Shown in pieces: positions 19,373-27,857 of a DNA stretch of 64,000 bases. The stretch spans positions 128,001 through 192,000 of the forward strand of contig JAZLKX010000052.1 of the NCBI GenBank assembly GCA_045597865.1, given 5' to 3'. Position 1 is the stretch's first letter; each line of letters opens with the position of its first letter. The notes beneath the pieces were generated by a model that was not told the DNA's origin, made no database searches, and saw only the letters and a list, made by a program, of their open reading frames with translations. The translations under genes were made by a program, and so were the position numbers. Source of the stretch: Bacilli bacterium (lineage in GTDB: Bacteria > Bacillota_I > Bacilli_A > RFN20 > CAG-826).

Positions 19373-20899
19373 ATGAAAACATTTCGCGACTTTATTAACG
19401 AAGCTTCTGTTGGTGCATCGGATATCTATCCGGCATCTGTGAAGATCGTTAAGTTTTTAGAAAAGCGACTTGGCACAACTTTTAAGGAAGTTGATGGCCA
19501 GGAATACGCTAATGGCTCCGGTCAGTATTTTGGCCTTCTTTTTATTAGTCCTGATGGTAACGCTGCTATTCGTATTAACTGGGACGGAACATCATTCCAT
19601 TCAATTAACTGGTGGAACGACTATTCAAAGGAAATGGCTCCTGCATTTGAAATCTTCACTGGCAAGATCGCTCCTGCTCAGGCATCTTTCGCTCGCCTCC
19701 TACCTGAAATTGCGGAAATTATCGTAAATGGCGGAAAGACTGGCACAGAGGACGATGACGCTATGGATGAATTTGAGGAAGATCTCGAAGAATCCACAAT
19801 TAACGAAGATTACGAATACAACGGCAATGTTTATAAGTCAAAGGTTGAAATCGTCAATGCAATGTATGACGAAGGTAAATCAGTTGAAGAAATTAAATCT
19901 GCAACTGGCTATCCTCCTGGACATATTCGTAATTTGATTGCTAAGCATACAGGCGAAGGTGGTCCTGCTACTTCTAAGTCTGGTGCTATCAAGGTTGTTA
20001 AAGGTCAGCCGGAAACAATTACGCCGTCTAAAGCAACAAAGAAAGCACAAGCTATGCTTGACGATACTGAATATGCAGATCCGGATGTTGTCTTTAAGGA
20101 ACTTGATTCTTATGTAACATTGATTGGTAAAGGCCTTATGCCTGCTTTGATGATTACAGGTCAGGGCGGTGTTGGTAAATCATTTACCGTAACTGATGTT
20201 TTGAAGCGCTTTGGCAACAAGGGTGAAGATTACGTTATCATGAAGGGTCACTGTACTCCTCCTGCTATGTATAAGTTCTTGTACTACCATTATAACCAGA
20301 TCTGCGTATTTGATGACTGCGATAGCATCTTTGATACAGCAGATGGTATGAACATTCTTAAGTGTGCTTTGGACTCTGGTGACCCTCGTGAAATCTCTTG
20401 GATGTCAAAGGGTGCCGACATTGTTGATACATTCGGTATTGAAGACCATCAGGAAATTGAAGCTCGCCTTGCTGAATTTGCTGATGAACACGGTGGTAAA
20501 GAAGGTATCCCATCTTACTTCCAGTTTGAAGGTGCTGTAATCTTTATCTCTAACTTGTCAAAGAAAGATATTTACAAGAAGGACCGTGCATTGCCTTCTC
20601 GTTGCACCTGCATTGATATTACTCTTCGTGCTAAGGATGTTATTCGCCGTATTGAAACTGTGCTCCCACACATCAAGATCTTCGCTGCATTGAAGGGTCG
20701 TGGTAAGAATGGCGGCCGTGATATTACTAACGACGCAATTAAGAAGGAAGTTTTTGAATGGATCTCATCTGATGAATTCTTGAACGATCCTCGCATGCGT
20801 GGTAAGGAGCTGAACTTCCGCATGTTCAACCAAGTTTACACATATCGGTACGCGGAATTACCCGACTGGAAAACCTTAAGTTTCAGAGCCGGGGGTTAA
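19373..20899 (+). CDS. P-loop ATPase with HTH-like segment and capsid-targeting-like N-terminus
   Basis: ITGQGGVGKS Walker A, CVFDDCD Walker B, ALPSR arginine finger; N-terminus MKTFRDFINE; late promoter at 19288. Confidence 0.8.
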   Translation: MKTFRDFINEASVGASDIYPASVKIVKFLEKRLGTTFKEVDGQEYANGSGQYFGLLFISPDGNAAIRINWDGTSFHSINWWNDYSKEMAPAFEIFTGKIAPAQASFARLLPEIAEIIVNGGKTGTEDDDAMDEFEEDLEESTINEDYEYNGNVYKSKVEIVNAMYDEGKSVEEIKSATGYPPGHIRNLIAKHTGEGGPATSKSGAIKVVKGQPETITPSKATKKAQAMLDDTEYADPDVVFKELDSYVTLIGKGLMPALMITGQGGVGKSFTVTDVLKRFGNKGEDYVIMKGHCTPPAMYKFLYYHYNQICVFDDCDSIFDTADGMNILKCALDSGDPREISWMSKGADIVDTFGIEDHQEIEARLAEFADEHGGKEGIPSYFQFEGAVIFISNLSKKDIYKKDRALPSRCTCIDITLRAKDVIRRIETVLPHIKIFAALKGRGKNGGRDITNDAIKKEVFEWISSDEFLNDPRMRGKELNFRMFNQVYTYRYAELPDWKTLSFRAGG

Positions 20900-21032
20900 T
20901 TGTAAATTCTAATTTACAAAAAGGACAGATGGTATCATTCCCATTTGGCGGCGCTTACCGGAGCGCCGCCTAACTTTTATAAATAAACTAGACGAACCGG
21001 TAATTCGTCTTTAAATAAAGGAGAATGAAATG
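20900..21032 (+). promoter_or_regulatory. structured leader (4 hairpins plus late promoter) of nuclease-MTase copy 1
   Basis: Same architecture as 53963-54096 with compensatory changes; TATAAATA at 20978-20985. Confidence 0.8.
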
Positions 21033-22802
21033 ATTACTTGTAAAATCTGTAATCGTGAGCTTGCTTCTTTTCAAGCTCTTGGAATACACCTAAAATATTC
21101 TCATAAGAATTGTTGCGGCGAAACATATTACGCAACATACATCAAGCAACCAAATGAAGGAATATGCGTTTGTGGTAAGCCATGTGGTTTTATCTCATTA
21201 AAGCTAGGCTATCATAAATACTGTTCACATCAATGTCAGGTTGAAAATTCTATAGAAGCTGCATTAAAAACAAAAGAACTACATTATGGAAAAGGTAAAT
21301 ACCATTCAGATGAAGGACTGAAAGCAATATCAGCAGCAAATAAAGCCAATAAAGAAACACGTGTCAAAAAACTAAATGAAACTAATCTGAAAAAATATGG
21401 AACTGAATGGGCATCTCAAAATAAAACTGTAAAAGAAAAAACAGCAAATACTAACATACAAAATTGTGGTAATGCATGTTCTTTGCATGGCAGTAATCAA
21501 ACTAAGTCTGAAAATATATTTCTTGAAAAATTCGGCTGTAAGAATCCTATGCAAAACACGGAGATTAAGACAAAGCGTGATGCAACTAATCTTGAACGAT
21601 ATGGCGCATCATCACCGTTTGGTTCTGCTTTGTGCATAGAGAAACGCAAACAAAACTATTTTAACAAGACAGGGTATTTCTTCCCAGCACAGAATCCTGA
21701 TAATCATACAATGCGCAGAAAAGCATACTTGTATGACGGAATTTATTTTGATAGCTCATGGGAACTTGCGTTTTACATTTTTCACACTGAACAAAATCAT
21801 AACATAACTGCACATCCAGCTGTTACATTTGAGTATGAACATGCCGGCATAAAACACAATTATATGCCCGACTTTATATTAGATGGTCAACTTACTGAGA
21901 TAAAAGGACCGCAGTTCTTTAATGAATCTGGTGAAATGATAAATCCTTTTGATAGGAACCAGGACGCATTGTATGAAGCGAAACATCAGTGTATGTTAAA
22001 GAATAATGTGAAAATCATAACGGACTGTACTGAGTATATCAATTATGTTAATGAAAAATACACCAGTGACTATTTGGAACTTTTTAATGTTAAATCAGCA
22101 TTTCCATATCCAGCAGAAAAACCAAATCCAACCTATGACGACGTAATAAGAAAGTATCACAAGTCAATATGGCATGCAAAACGTTTTGGAATGTTATCGC
22201 CTTTTGAAGCATGGCAGGATAAAACTCTTATTAAGAAATGCGCAGCAAATCGTTTAAAGTATGTAAAACATTGTGATCCTGATTCTATAAGACAAGGATT
22301 TAATGTAATGAAACTTGCGCCTAAAGTTTCAGTGTTCAAGCCTTTGTTAGCAAAGCGTATTATTGAAACATATCTCGCAGATTTTGAAACAATCTTTGAC
22401 CCATTTAGCGGATTTAGCGGCCGAATGTATGGCACGTATCTTTGCGGTAAAAAATATATTGGACAAGACATTAATGAAACTCATGTAAACGAAAGCAATG
22501 AACTTATACATGACTACAATATGAATGCTACTGTTGTGTGTAAAGACATATTTGAAAGTGAAGGTGAGTATGAATGCTTGTTCACGTGCAGTCCATATCA
22601 TTTAAAAGAAATCTGGAATGAAAACGAAACTGACATGAGTTGTGACGAATGGATTGATGAATGCATTAAACGATTTAAATGTAAACGATATGTGTTTGTG
22701 GTTGATGAAACGGAAAAGTATAAAGACAAGATTGTTGAGCTGATTGAAAACAAATCACATTTTGGCACCAACAGTGAAAAACTTTTAGTTATTGATGTAT
22801 GA
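21030..22802 (+). CDS. homing-endonuclease-like nuclease / amino-methyltransferase fusion, copy 1
   Basis: C2H2 finger and CxC..YCS..C, KYG repeats, FDSSWE...YMPDF...EIKG PD-(D/E)XK nuclease, DPFSGFSGR (motif I), FTCSPY (motif IV-like). Confidence 0.8.
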   Translation: MITCKICNRELASFQALGIHLKYSHKNCCGETYYATYIKQPNEGICVCGKPCGFISLKLGYHKYCSHQCQVENSIEAALKTKELHYGKGKYHSDEGLKAISAANKANKETRVKKLNETNLKKYGTEWASQNKTVKEKTANTNIQNCGNACSLHGSNQTKSENIFLEKFGCKNPMQNTEIKTKRDATNLERYGASSPFGSALCIEKRKQNYFNKTGYFFPAQNPDNHTMRRKAYLYDGIYFDSSWELAFYIFHTEQNHNITAHPAVTFEYEHAGIKHNYMPDFILDGQLTEIKGPQFFNESGEMINPFDRNQDALYEAKHQCMLKNNVKIITDCTEYINYVNEKYTSDYLELFNVKSAFPYPAEKPNPTYDDVIRKYHKSIWHAKRFGMLSPFEAWQDKTLIKKCAANRLKYVKHCDPDSIRQGFNVMKLAPKVSVFKPLLAKRIIETYLADFETIFDPFSGFSGRMYGTYLCGKKYIGQDINETHVNESNELIHDYNMNATVVCKDIFESEGEYECLFTCSPYHLKEIWNENETDMSCDEWIDECIKRFKCKRYVFVVDETEKYKDKIVELIENKSHFGTNSEKLLVIDV

Positions 22803-23122
22803 ATGAAATTAGATTAAGTATCAAATTTTATAGGGATGAAACAGAAGTCTCTCCGTACACTGGTGTTGACTTACCGTTAATAAGACGGGCCTTCCCTCAG
22901 CTTCTGTCTGCCACAATGGTCGGCGTTCAACCAATGTCAAGTCCTACCGGTCTTGCTTATGCGTTAAGACCGCTATACCAAGACGACGAGATTCAGAATA
23001 CACCAGCTCCTGCACCAATCCCTAAACCGGCTAAGAAAAAGGTAAAACCTAATCACCCATTTTCATTGAATCCTGCTAAAAGTAAGTGTAGGAAAAATTT
23101 CTCTTACAAAAGAAACCCATAA
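22799..23122 (+). CDS. short protein containing a major capsid (gp23) conserved segment
   Basis: PLIRRAFPQLLSATMVGVQPMSSPTGLAYALRPLY matches the gp23 VRRA.P...GVQPM..PTG...A.R..Y signature. Confidence 0.7.
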   Translation: MNEIRLSIKFYRDETEVSPYTGVDLPLIRRAFPQLLSATMVGVQPMSSPTGLAYALRPLYQDDEIQNTPAPAPIPKPAKKKVKPNHPFSLNPAKSKCRKNFSYKRNP

Positions 23123-23160
23123 ATAAGTTGTTATATTTTAACGGTAGACAAAGGTAACAA

Positions 23161-23367
23161 ATGCTTAGTTTAAAATTTAAGAACAAAAGTTCCCGTGAGA
23201 TTCCAGCTGAACTTATGGCAGCAGTTGATTCTGATATTACTTACGAGGAAATCAATAAAATTCTGGACCAATATAATCTTCGTGTAAATGAATACGAAAA
23301 AGTATTTGACCATGATAATAATGAAGTTGAACAAATCTTTGTGATTGGAGATATAAATGTTGAGTAA
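23161..23367 (+). CDS. hypothetical protein
   Basis: AAGGT RBS, 68 aa. Confidence 0.6.
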   Translation: MLSLKFKNKSSREIPAELMAAVDSDITYEEINKILDQYNLRVNEYEKVFDHDNNEVEQIFVIGDINVE

Positions 23368-24712
23368 GAAATTAAAATGGGGATTTGTGCAACCGCTCAC
23401 GGGCGGTTTCTATCTTGGTGCTGAGAAGGCTATCGGCTGCCCAGCTGCTTGGATATTGTCTTACCCAGGTTTGTGTGCTCACCGTGATGCTGAAGATGGC
23501 TCATGCGTTAGCGCAGCAAATGAATATCACTTGTTGAAGTACTTGCAGAAGAAAAATCGTCTTCCGCCTTACTTGACAATTAACCGTGAGATGTTTGCGG
23601 AATTTAAAGGCGACCCGAATGCTTTTGAACCAGAGTTGATTAGAAATGAATTTTCAACTACTGATACCATTGATACCACAAACATGGATATCGTCTGTGC
23701 TTTGCCTGTATGTTCTGGTTTGTCAAATGCAACAACCACACCTAATGATGAAACACGCGAAGCTCGTAATCAGAACATGCAGTGGATAACTGAATATGTT
23801 CTTCGTAAGATTAAGCCAAAGGCATACATCTTTGAAAATGCACCTGCACTTTTTGCTGGCGCTAAAGGTAAACCTATTCGTGAATACATCAATAAGGTTG
23901 CAGAAGAAACGGGTTATTCAGTTTCTTACTTCAAGACTGATACCATGCTTCATCATAATGCACAGCGCCGTCCGCGTACATTTGTTATTTGCTGGCAGTG
24001 GACCGGTGATACAAAGCAGATGCCGCCGATCATTAACTTTGTGAAGGACGAAGTTTCTATTAAGCAGTTCTTTGATGAAATGCCACAATATGAACAGACA
24101 GAACAGATTCCGCTTGGTTATTCCAATCAAGCTGCATTGGACTATATGAAGTCTGCCCACCCTGATGACTATCGTGAATTGCTTAAGGAAAATACTTCAT
24201 ACGCTCATATCATTCAGAATAATGAACGTGAAGCGTTTATCAAGTTCTGTGAAAATTATACCTTTGATGATGCACCTAGCACAAAACATCGTGATTCTAC
24301 TATTCGTCAGATTAACCATGCTCAAGAAAAGTATGACGCTGGCAGTTGGATCTTTGATACAACTACTGCTGTGATTGATGATAAGAAGAAAATTCCTAGC
24401 ATCATGCATAAAGTTACACAAGCAAAGCTGCATCCTTACGAAGATCGTCTGCTTAATGTAGGTGAAATTTTGTATTGCATGGGTATGCCTACAGACTATT
24501 ACATTTATGGCCAAACATTTGAGAAGACACATCAAACTGGTCAGAATGTTCCAGTAAATACAGCTAAGTACATTGTCAGCGAAATCGTTCGTGTTGTTGA
24601 AAATTGGGAAACTGCTAGAAACGAAACGAATGGTAATCCTTTCTTCGGTGAAGATGACAATGTAGAATATGTTGACAATACAAAGCAGACATATTCCTGT
24701 AAGTCGGAATAG
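23357..24712 (+). CDS. atypical DNA cytosine-C5 methyltransferase-like protein A
   Basis: QPLTGG in the motif I position, PVCSGLS (motif IV), FENAP (VI), QRRPRTF (VIII), R.L...E....MGMP (IX), GQNVP (X). Confidence 0.8.
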   Translation: MLSKKLKWGFVQPLTGGFYLGAEKAIGCPAAWILSYPGLCAHRDAEDGSCVSAANEYHLLKYLQKKNRLPPYLTINREMFAEFKGDPNAFEPELIRNEFSTTDTIDTTNMDIVCALPVCSGLSNATTTPNDETREARNQNMQWITEYVLRKIKPKAYIFENAPALFAGAKGKPIREYINKVAEETGYSVSYFKTDTMLHHNAQRRPRTFVICWQWTGDTKQMPPIINFVKDEVSIKQFFDEMPQYEQTEQIPLGYSNQAALDYMKSAHPDDYRELLKENTSYAHIIQNNEREAFIKFCENYTFDDAPSTKHRDSTIRQINHAQEKYDAGSWIFDTTTAVIDDKKKIPSIMHKVTQAKLHPYEDRLLNVGEILYCMGMPTDYYIYGQTFEKTHQTGQNVPVNTAKYIVSEIVRVVENWETARNETNGNPFFGEDDNVEYVDNTKQTYSCKSE

Positions 24713-24808
24713 GAAAAGTTTTGCCCAAACTTAAAATGGGCAATTTTATTTTTATATTTTAACTACAATCAAAAAATCATCATAAACATTCAACAGGAGA
24801 AAAATCCA

Positions 24809-25102
24809 ATGATGACTAATCTCAGTAAAAATACTTTCGCTATTGACAAGAAGACCGGCAAGTGCTATGTACTTACCACCAACACTCTTCAGTCACGCAA
24901 TCGTCGTCAGTGCCAAGACATGCGTATCTATAAGTCTGTAACTAAGCAGATTGCTGAATCCGCACTCGTTCCTGTTACTGACTTTGAAGGTGAACTTTGC
25001 TTCAAGGCTGAAAAGATTCAGCGTGGCATGATGAAGCACAGCGATGCTGATAAGGCCATTCTTGCACTTCATAAGGATCTTCTTGCCCGCGTAAGAGGTT
25101 AA
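24809..25102 (+). CDS. hypothetical protein
   Basis: CAGGAG RBS; follows the TATATT promoter element. Confidence 0.7.
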   Translation: MMTNLSKNTFAIDKKTGKCYVLTTNTLQSRNRRQCQDMRIYKSVTKQIAESALVPVTDFEGELCFKAEKIQRGMMKHSDADKAILALHKDLLARVRG

Positions 25103-25281
25103 TCATGTTGTGGAAAATCTATAAGTTCAAGTGCGATTCCAATGGTTTGCCTTATGGCGATGTAGTTACTTCTATGTGCTACAGCAAAGAACTAATGGAA
25201 TCTTATAAGAACCGCAAGTTCGTCGTTAAGATTGAAGAAGTTAGCGGTTCTGAAGCAAAAACCGTTTGGTCCGTTTAAAGC

Positions 25282-26124
25282 ATGAATTGTTATTTCGTCA
25301 ATGATATCCACATAGATCAGCAAGGTCTGGATTTAAAGCCAGGCACTAAGCAGACCCGTGTACTCCATAAATGGATTGACGAAAACTTCTTGCCGGCCGA
25401 CATTCTGTGTATCGCTGGCGACATCGCAGATGATAGTAGAATCTTTATGGATTTTCTCGCTGCATGCCGCGACCGATATTCAGATGTTGTTTTTGTTTTT
25501 GGTGACCACGATATTTCGGTAGCAAACAAGGAATACCCTTCCGTAACCCTGAAATGTGAATCTATAAATAATTGGGTTGGGGAAATGAAACGGCTTTGTA
25601 CATCAACACATAAGATAAAGACAAAATTTACAAAGCTAGATGGAAAAAAAATTGTTGATGTAAAGAAAATTCCTTTTGTCGGTTGCATGGGTGCACCAGA
25701 CTGCTCTTACATCAGTAAGATCTTGGGGCAGGATCCCTCATCTGCTCAAGCGAAAATCTTGACTAAGATGGGTTGGAAAAAATGGTGGTCAAAAGATCCG
25801 CTGGAAATATCAGGTGATGAACACGACCGCCTTGCACACGCCGTCATGGTTCGTGATCCGCGTATCGTGGTCACTCATTTTGTTCCGCTTGGTTTGCCTT
25901 GTCCTACATCTGATCCTAGAAAAGCATGTTATCAATTTCAGGATGTAGGTGATATTATAAATATGTTGCCGAACGGAACAATTTGGCATTTTGGGCATAC
26001 ACACGCCCGACTGAAAATGAAAAAAGACGGTATCTTGTTTCTTTCTAATCCTATTGGTTTACCTGGTGAAAAGGTTAATGTATTAGGTGACTGGAAGAAA
26101 GAAGATTTCTTGATTGAATTATAG
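25282..26124 (+). CDS. calcineurin-like metallophosphoesterase
   Basis: DIH, AGD, GDHD, THF and GHTH motifs. Confidence 0.9.
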   Translation: MNCYFVNDIHIDQQGLDLKPGTKQTRVLHKWIDENFLPADILCIAGDIADDSRIFMDFLAACRDRYSDVVFVFGDHDISVANKEYPSVTLKCESINNWVGEMKRLCTSTHKIKTKFTKLDGKKIVDVKKIPFVGCMGAPDCSYISKILGQDPSSAQAKILTKMGWKKWWSKDPLEISGDEHDRLAHAVMVRDPRIVVTHFVPLGLPCPTSDPRKACYQFQDVGDIINMLPNGTIWHFGHTHARLKMKKDGILFLSNPIGLPGEKVNVLGDWKKEDFLIEL

Positions 26125-26135
26125 GAGAAAATAAA

Positions 26136-26435
26136 ATGAGAGTTACTGGTGGAAAAATCCTCCTCACTGGCAAGGAAGATAAATCAGTAGGTGGCATTTA
26201 CATGCCTGAGACTGAAACAGGTAAGCGTACATTTACTGTCGCTGAAGTTGGTCCGGGTTTGTGGAATCCTCTTCGCTGTGAACGTGTTCCTGTTGCTGTA
26301 AAGCCGGGCGACCGTGTGGTTGTTGATGTTAGCCTTGCTCCGGAAATCACCATTAAAAAGAATGGCGAAAAGAAGAAGTACTACATCATTCCTGAATCTG
26401 AAATTCAGTTTATTCTTGACGAAGGAGAAGTATAA
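26136..26435 (+). CDS. groES: GroES/Cpn10-like co-chaperonin 1
   Basis: SVGGIYMP mobile loop, VAEVGPG, VKPGDRV, IIPESEI. Confidence 0.85.
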   Translation: MRVTGGKILLTGKEDKSVGGIYMPETETGKRTFTVAEVGPGLWNPLRCERVPVAVKPGDRVVVDVSLAPEITIKKNGEKKKYYIIPESEIQFILDEGEV

Positions 26436-26752
26436 TGAAGCTTCTTGACGACAAGATTGTGGTTCGTAGCCTTACCCAAAAGACTGCTGGAGGCATCGTT
26501 ATCCCAGGCATGCTAGTTGCTTATACTATGTATGAAATCGTCGCCATTGGCCCTGGGCATTATGATAAGCGTTCTGGAACCATCGTTCCAAACGAAGTAA
26601 AGGTTGGTGACCGTGTGCTCATCAACTACGGTTCTTGCAAAGAAATTGAAGGCAAGACAATTAACATTGATGGTAATGAAGAAAAGCTTTATCTTTGTGA
26701 TACTGCTGAAGAATGCATTATTGTTCTAGATGATGATGAGAGTATTGGATAA
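26435..26752 (+). CDS. groES: GroES/Cpn10-like co-chaperonin 2
   Basis: KLLDDKIVV, KTAGGIVIP, VAIGPG, VKVGDRVL. Confidence 0.85.
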   Translation: MKLLDDKIVVRSLTQKTAGGIVIPGMLVAYTMYEIVAIGPGHYDKRSGTIVPNEVKVGDRVLINYGSCKEIEGKTINIDGNEEKLYLCDTAEECIIVLDDDESIG

Positions 26753-27093
26753 TGAATAAAAAGCTTGTTGCTATCATGGCCGTTACTATTGTCGTTTGGA
26801 CGCTGATTCTTACATGCATAGGCGCCTTTGGTCCAACAGTTCAAGCTACGATGATTCCCATCTGTTTGGAACTGTTGAAATGGATAGGTGTTCTTATTGG
26901 CTATGCTATCGCAATCTTTTTGCCTGTCCGCATCTATAACGCTCTTGTCTTAAACAAAACTCGTAAACAGCTAATGGAACTGCAGGAAGAAGCTGCTCGT
27001 AAGACCGCTGTAGCAAATCAGGAAGCCCTGAGACAGCGTGCTGTTGAAGAGGCAATACTTAAAGCCTATTATAAGGAAGAAGACGATGTCTAA
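26752..27093 (+). CDS. membrane protein with coiled-coil tail
   Basis: Two hydrophobic segments followed by a charged helix. Confidence 0.65.
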   Translation: MNKKLVAIMAVTIVVWTLILTCIGAFGPTVQATMIPICLELLKWIGVLIGYAIAIFLPVRIYNALVLNKTRKQLMELQEEAARKTAVANQEALRQRAVEEAILKAYYKEEDDV

Positions 27094-27511
27094 TCAAACT
27101 TTGCTTGAAGAAGTAAACACACCTAATCATTACCGCGGCCATGAAAGCGGTATTGAAACAATTTCAATTACTCGTTACTTGCCTAACGACCTTGGTAACG
27201 CTTGGAAGTATGGCATGCGCTATGAGGATAAGAATACGCCTAAAAAGGATCTTTTGAAACTTTGCTGGTATATGAACGATTATCGTACTCACTTCATTGA
27301 TGACAATAATGAGGTGACTGAAAACTTTCATGTTCCGACTAAAGTTTTAGCCCTTATGGAATGCGTAATTGAAGCAGAGCCGAATGAAGTTATCAAAGAT
27401 TTCTTCAAACAGGTTTATCAGCTCTGTACGGAACAAGGCGTCTTGAACCCTTGTAAATTAAACCAGTGCTTAAAGGGCGTTGAACTTTTAGCAGAAAATT
27501 TTTCAGTATAG
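27086..27511 (+). CDS. DUF3310-domain protein
   Basis: VNTPNHY...GIETI...LGNAWKY..R...K....DLLK..WY. Confidence 0.8.
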   Translation: MSNQTLLEEVNTPNHYRGHESGIETISITRYLPNDLGNAWKYGMRYEDKNTPKKDLLKLCWYMNDYRTHFIDDNNEVTENFHVPTKVLALMECVIEAEPNEVIKDFFKQVYQLCTEQGVLNPCKLNQCLKGVELLAENFSV

Positions 27512-27587
27512 CAGTATTTACATTTTTGTAATCTTTGTTATATTTTATACTGAATTTTAAAACACAAATTAAATAAAGGAAAACAAA

Positions 27588-27857
27588 ATGAATTCTCTTA
27601 CTATTACTTCTACGAAGATCCTCCCTATTGAGAACGGCATTGGCGGGTGTGTTGCTATCGCTCAGCTAGTTCTTTGTGATGCTATCAAGTTGACAGGCAT
27701 CAAGCTCATTGATAACGGTGATAAGCGTTATATCACTTATCCTCGTAATATGAGTAACAAGCAGAAGAAGAGCTACTTCTATCCGCTTAACAACGAAACT
27801 TCCGATCTCATCGCAAATCGTCTTTGGGCTGATTACGATAAGGAATTCAAAGCCTAA
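27588..27857 (+). CDS. spoVG: SpoVG family nucleic-acid-binding protein
   Basis: ITSTKI, A.A.LVL.D.I.LTGIKLI, YP.......YPLN.E pattern. Confidence 0.75.
   Translation: MNSLTITSTKILPIENGIGGCVAIAQLVLCDAIKLTGIKLIDNGDKRYITYPRNMSNKQKKSYFYPLNNETSDLIANRLWADYDKEFKA

Noticed and set aside
22542-22727. Diversity-generating retroelement TR/VR pair with 55573-55758
   Set aside because: Differences are mostly synonymous and not adenine-specific, both copies are coding, and no reverse transcriptase is in the window.
20900-22802. Group I intron or intein interpretation of the nuclease-MTase elements
   Set aside because: The upstream genes appear complete with stop codons (gp13 ends F.VG), no downstream exon is evident, and no P7 core or intein termini were recognised.
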